DNA of 56,815 nucleotides from Candidatus Micrarchaeota archaeon (GTDB lineage: Archaea > Micrarchaeota > Micrarchaeia > Micrarchaeales > CABMGC01). Below are positions 55,621-56,815 of the stretch, piece after piece (position 1 is the stretch's first letter; the number at the start of each line of letters is the position of its first letter). The DNA is taken from contig JAGWGX010000004.1 in the NCBI GenBank assembly GCA_028867145.1, positions 1-56,815 of the forward strand, in the 5' to 3' direction. A model generated the notes under the pieces. The model was not told the DNA's origin, made no database searches, and was given only the letters and a program-made list of their open reading frames with translations. The position numbers were made by a program, and so were the translations under genes.

Positions 55621-56815
55621 TATTTCTCTACCTTTGAATCAGGATTCTCCGGGCCTCCCTTGTTTTCCGGATTTTCATCGGCGCCGCCTTTTGCATCCTC
55701 TGGGCCTTCTTTGGCTTCTCCTTCTGCTGAGCCCTGCGCATACATGTCGCTTCCCATCTTCTGCATAACTTCCTTCAGGATCTCATACTTTTGGGAGATT
55801 AGCTGCGCGTCCTCCTTTTGTATCGCCTCCTTGGTCTCTGCGATCGCCTTCTCGACCTTCTCCTTGTTTTCCGCGGAGATCTTTGCAGCATTTTCCTTGA
55901 GGAGCTTCTCGCCTGTGTATATCATTCCCTCCGCGTTGTTCTTTGTCTCGATGTACTCCCTTATCTTCTTGTCCTCCTCGGAGTACTGCTCAGCCTCCTT
56001 CATCCTCTTATCAATCTCGTCCTTGCTCATCTTGTGCGGGGCCACGACCTGCATGCTCTGCTCCTTGTTTGTCGCCTTGTCCTTTGCGGAGACATGGAGG
56101 ATTCCGTTTGCGTCAATGTCGAATGTGACCTCGATCTGCGGCATTCCCCTTGGCGCCGGTGGGATCCCAGTAAGCATGAATCTTCCAAGCTCGATGTTGT
56201 CCTTTGACATCGCCCTCTCTCCCTGCAGTATGTGGATGTCAACGCTTGTCTGCGAGTCATCTGCCGTTGAGAAAACCTGCGTCTTCTTGATTGGGATTGT
56301 GGTGTTCTTCTCAATGAGCTTTGTCATGACTCCTCCATACGTCTCAAGCCCGAGTGAGAGCGGTGTAACGTCCAGCAGCACAATGTCCTTCACCTCTCCA
56401 GTTAGGACTCCTGCCTGGATTGCTGCTCCAAATGCGACGGCTTCCATTGGGTCAACTCCCCTCTCGATCTTCTTTCCAAGAAGTTGCTCAACATATCTTT
56501 GAACAATCGGCATCCTTGTAGGCCCTCCCACAAGAATCACCTTGTCAATGTTGACTGGCTCTAGCTTTGCGTCCTTTAGCGCGTTGATAACCGGCTTTGT
56601 TGTTCTCTCCACAATTGGGACAATAATCTCCTCAAGCTTTGCCCTTGTTAGCTGGTATGTGAAGTGCACTGGCGCATTTCCAGGGCCCATTCCAAGGAAC
56701 GGAAGGTTAATGTCGCTTGTTAGTGTTGTTGAAAGCTCAATTTTTGCCTTCTCTCCCGCTTCCCTGATTCTCTGGAGCGCCTGCCTGTCATTTGCGACAT
56801 CTATTCCCGCACTCT
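55620..56815 (-). CDS. dnaK: DnaK/Hsp70, 3' part (5' end lies beyond the window)
   Basis: [46 protein letters not shown]. Confidence 0.97.
   Translation of the reverse strand, partial: SAGIDVANDRQALQRIREAGEKAKIELSTTLTSDINLPFLGMGPGNAPVHFTYQLTRAKLEEIIVPIVERTTKPVINALKDAKLEPVNIDKVILVGGPTRMPIVQRYVEQLLGKKIERGVDPMEAVAFGAAIQAGVLTGEVKDIVLLDVTPLSLGLETYGGVMTKLIEKNTTIPIKKTQVFSTADDSQTSVDIHILQGERAMSKDNIELGRFMLTGIPPAPRGMPQIEVTFDIDANGILHVSAKDKATNKEQSMQVVAPHKMSKDEIDKRMKEAEQYSEEDKKIREYIETKNNAEGMIYTGEKLLKENAAKISAENKEKVEKAIAETKEAIQKEDAQLISQKYEILKEVMQKMGSDMYAQGSAEGEAKEGPEDAKGGADENPENKGGPENPDSKVEK

Noticed and set aside
55381-56502. 373-aa ORF on the + strand
   Set aside because: Antisense shadow of dnaK/dnaJ, like the many other Ser/Leu/Phe-rich shadow ORFs in the track.

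Overview
Archaeal chromosomal segment, densely coding. Protein style and gene content suggest a DPANN archaeon, probably Micrarchaeota-like; this is inference, as no rRNA gene is in the window. It is mostly housekeeping: rnhB (disrupted), nrdR-nrdJ, map, polB, pheST, rfcL, a thyX/glyA/tmk/MazG dTMP cluster, lemA-htpX, hsp20, fen1, aMBF1, carS, alaS, aIF2beta, aIF1A, rio1, xpf, rps8e, argF and dnaK-dnaJ, with interspersed orphans and surface proteins. RNA genes read directly from the sequence are tRNA-Glu(CUC), an intron-containing tRNA-Ser(UGA), tRNA-Ser(GCU), tRNA-Ala(CGC), SRP RNA and a canonical dual-guide box C/D sRNA. The most notable signal is the 42-nt tRNA-Ser(UGA) intron: it folds into a box C'/D' K-turn with a guide antisense to the tRNA's own anticodon loop, predicting self-guided 2'-O-methylation of wobble U34. 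Other highlights are tandem bacterial-type NrdR boxes on an archaeal TATA promoter, an SRP RNA apparently lacking helix 6, a eukaryote-like EXO5 nuclease, and a 39-aa lysine/arginine-rich ORF missing from the ORF track. No CRISPR array or transposase was seen. Family assignments rest on recognised motifs; no database searches were run.
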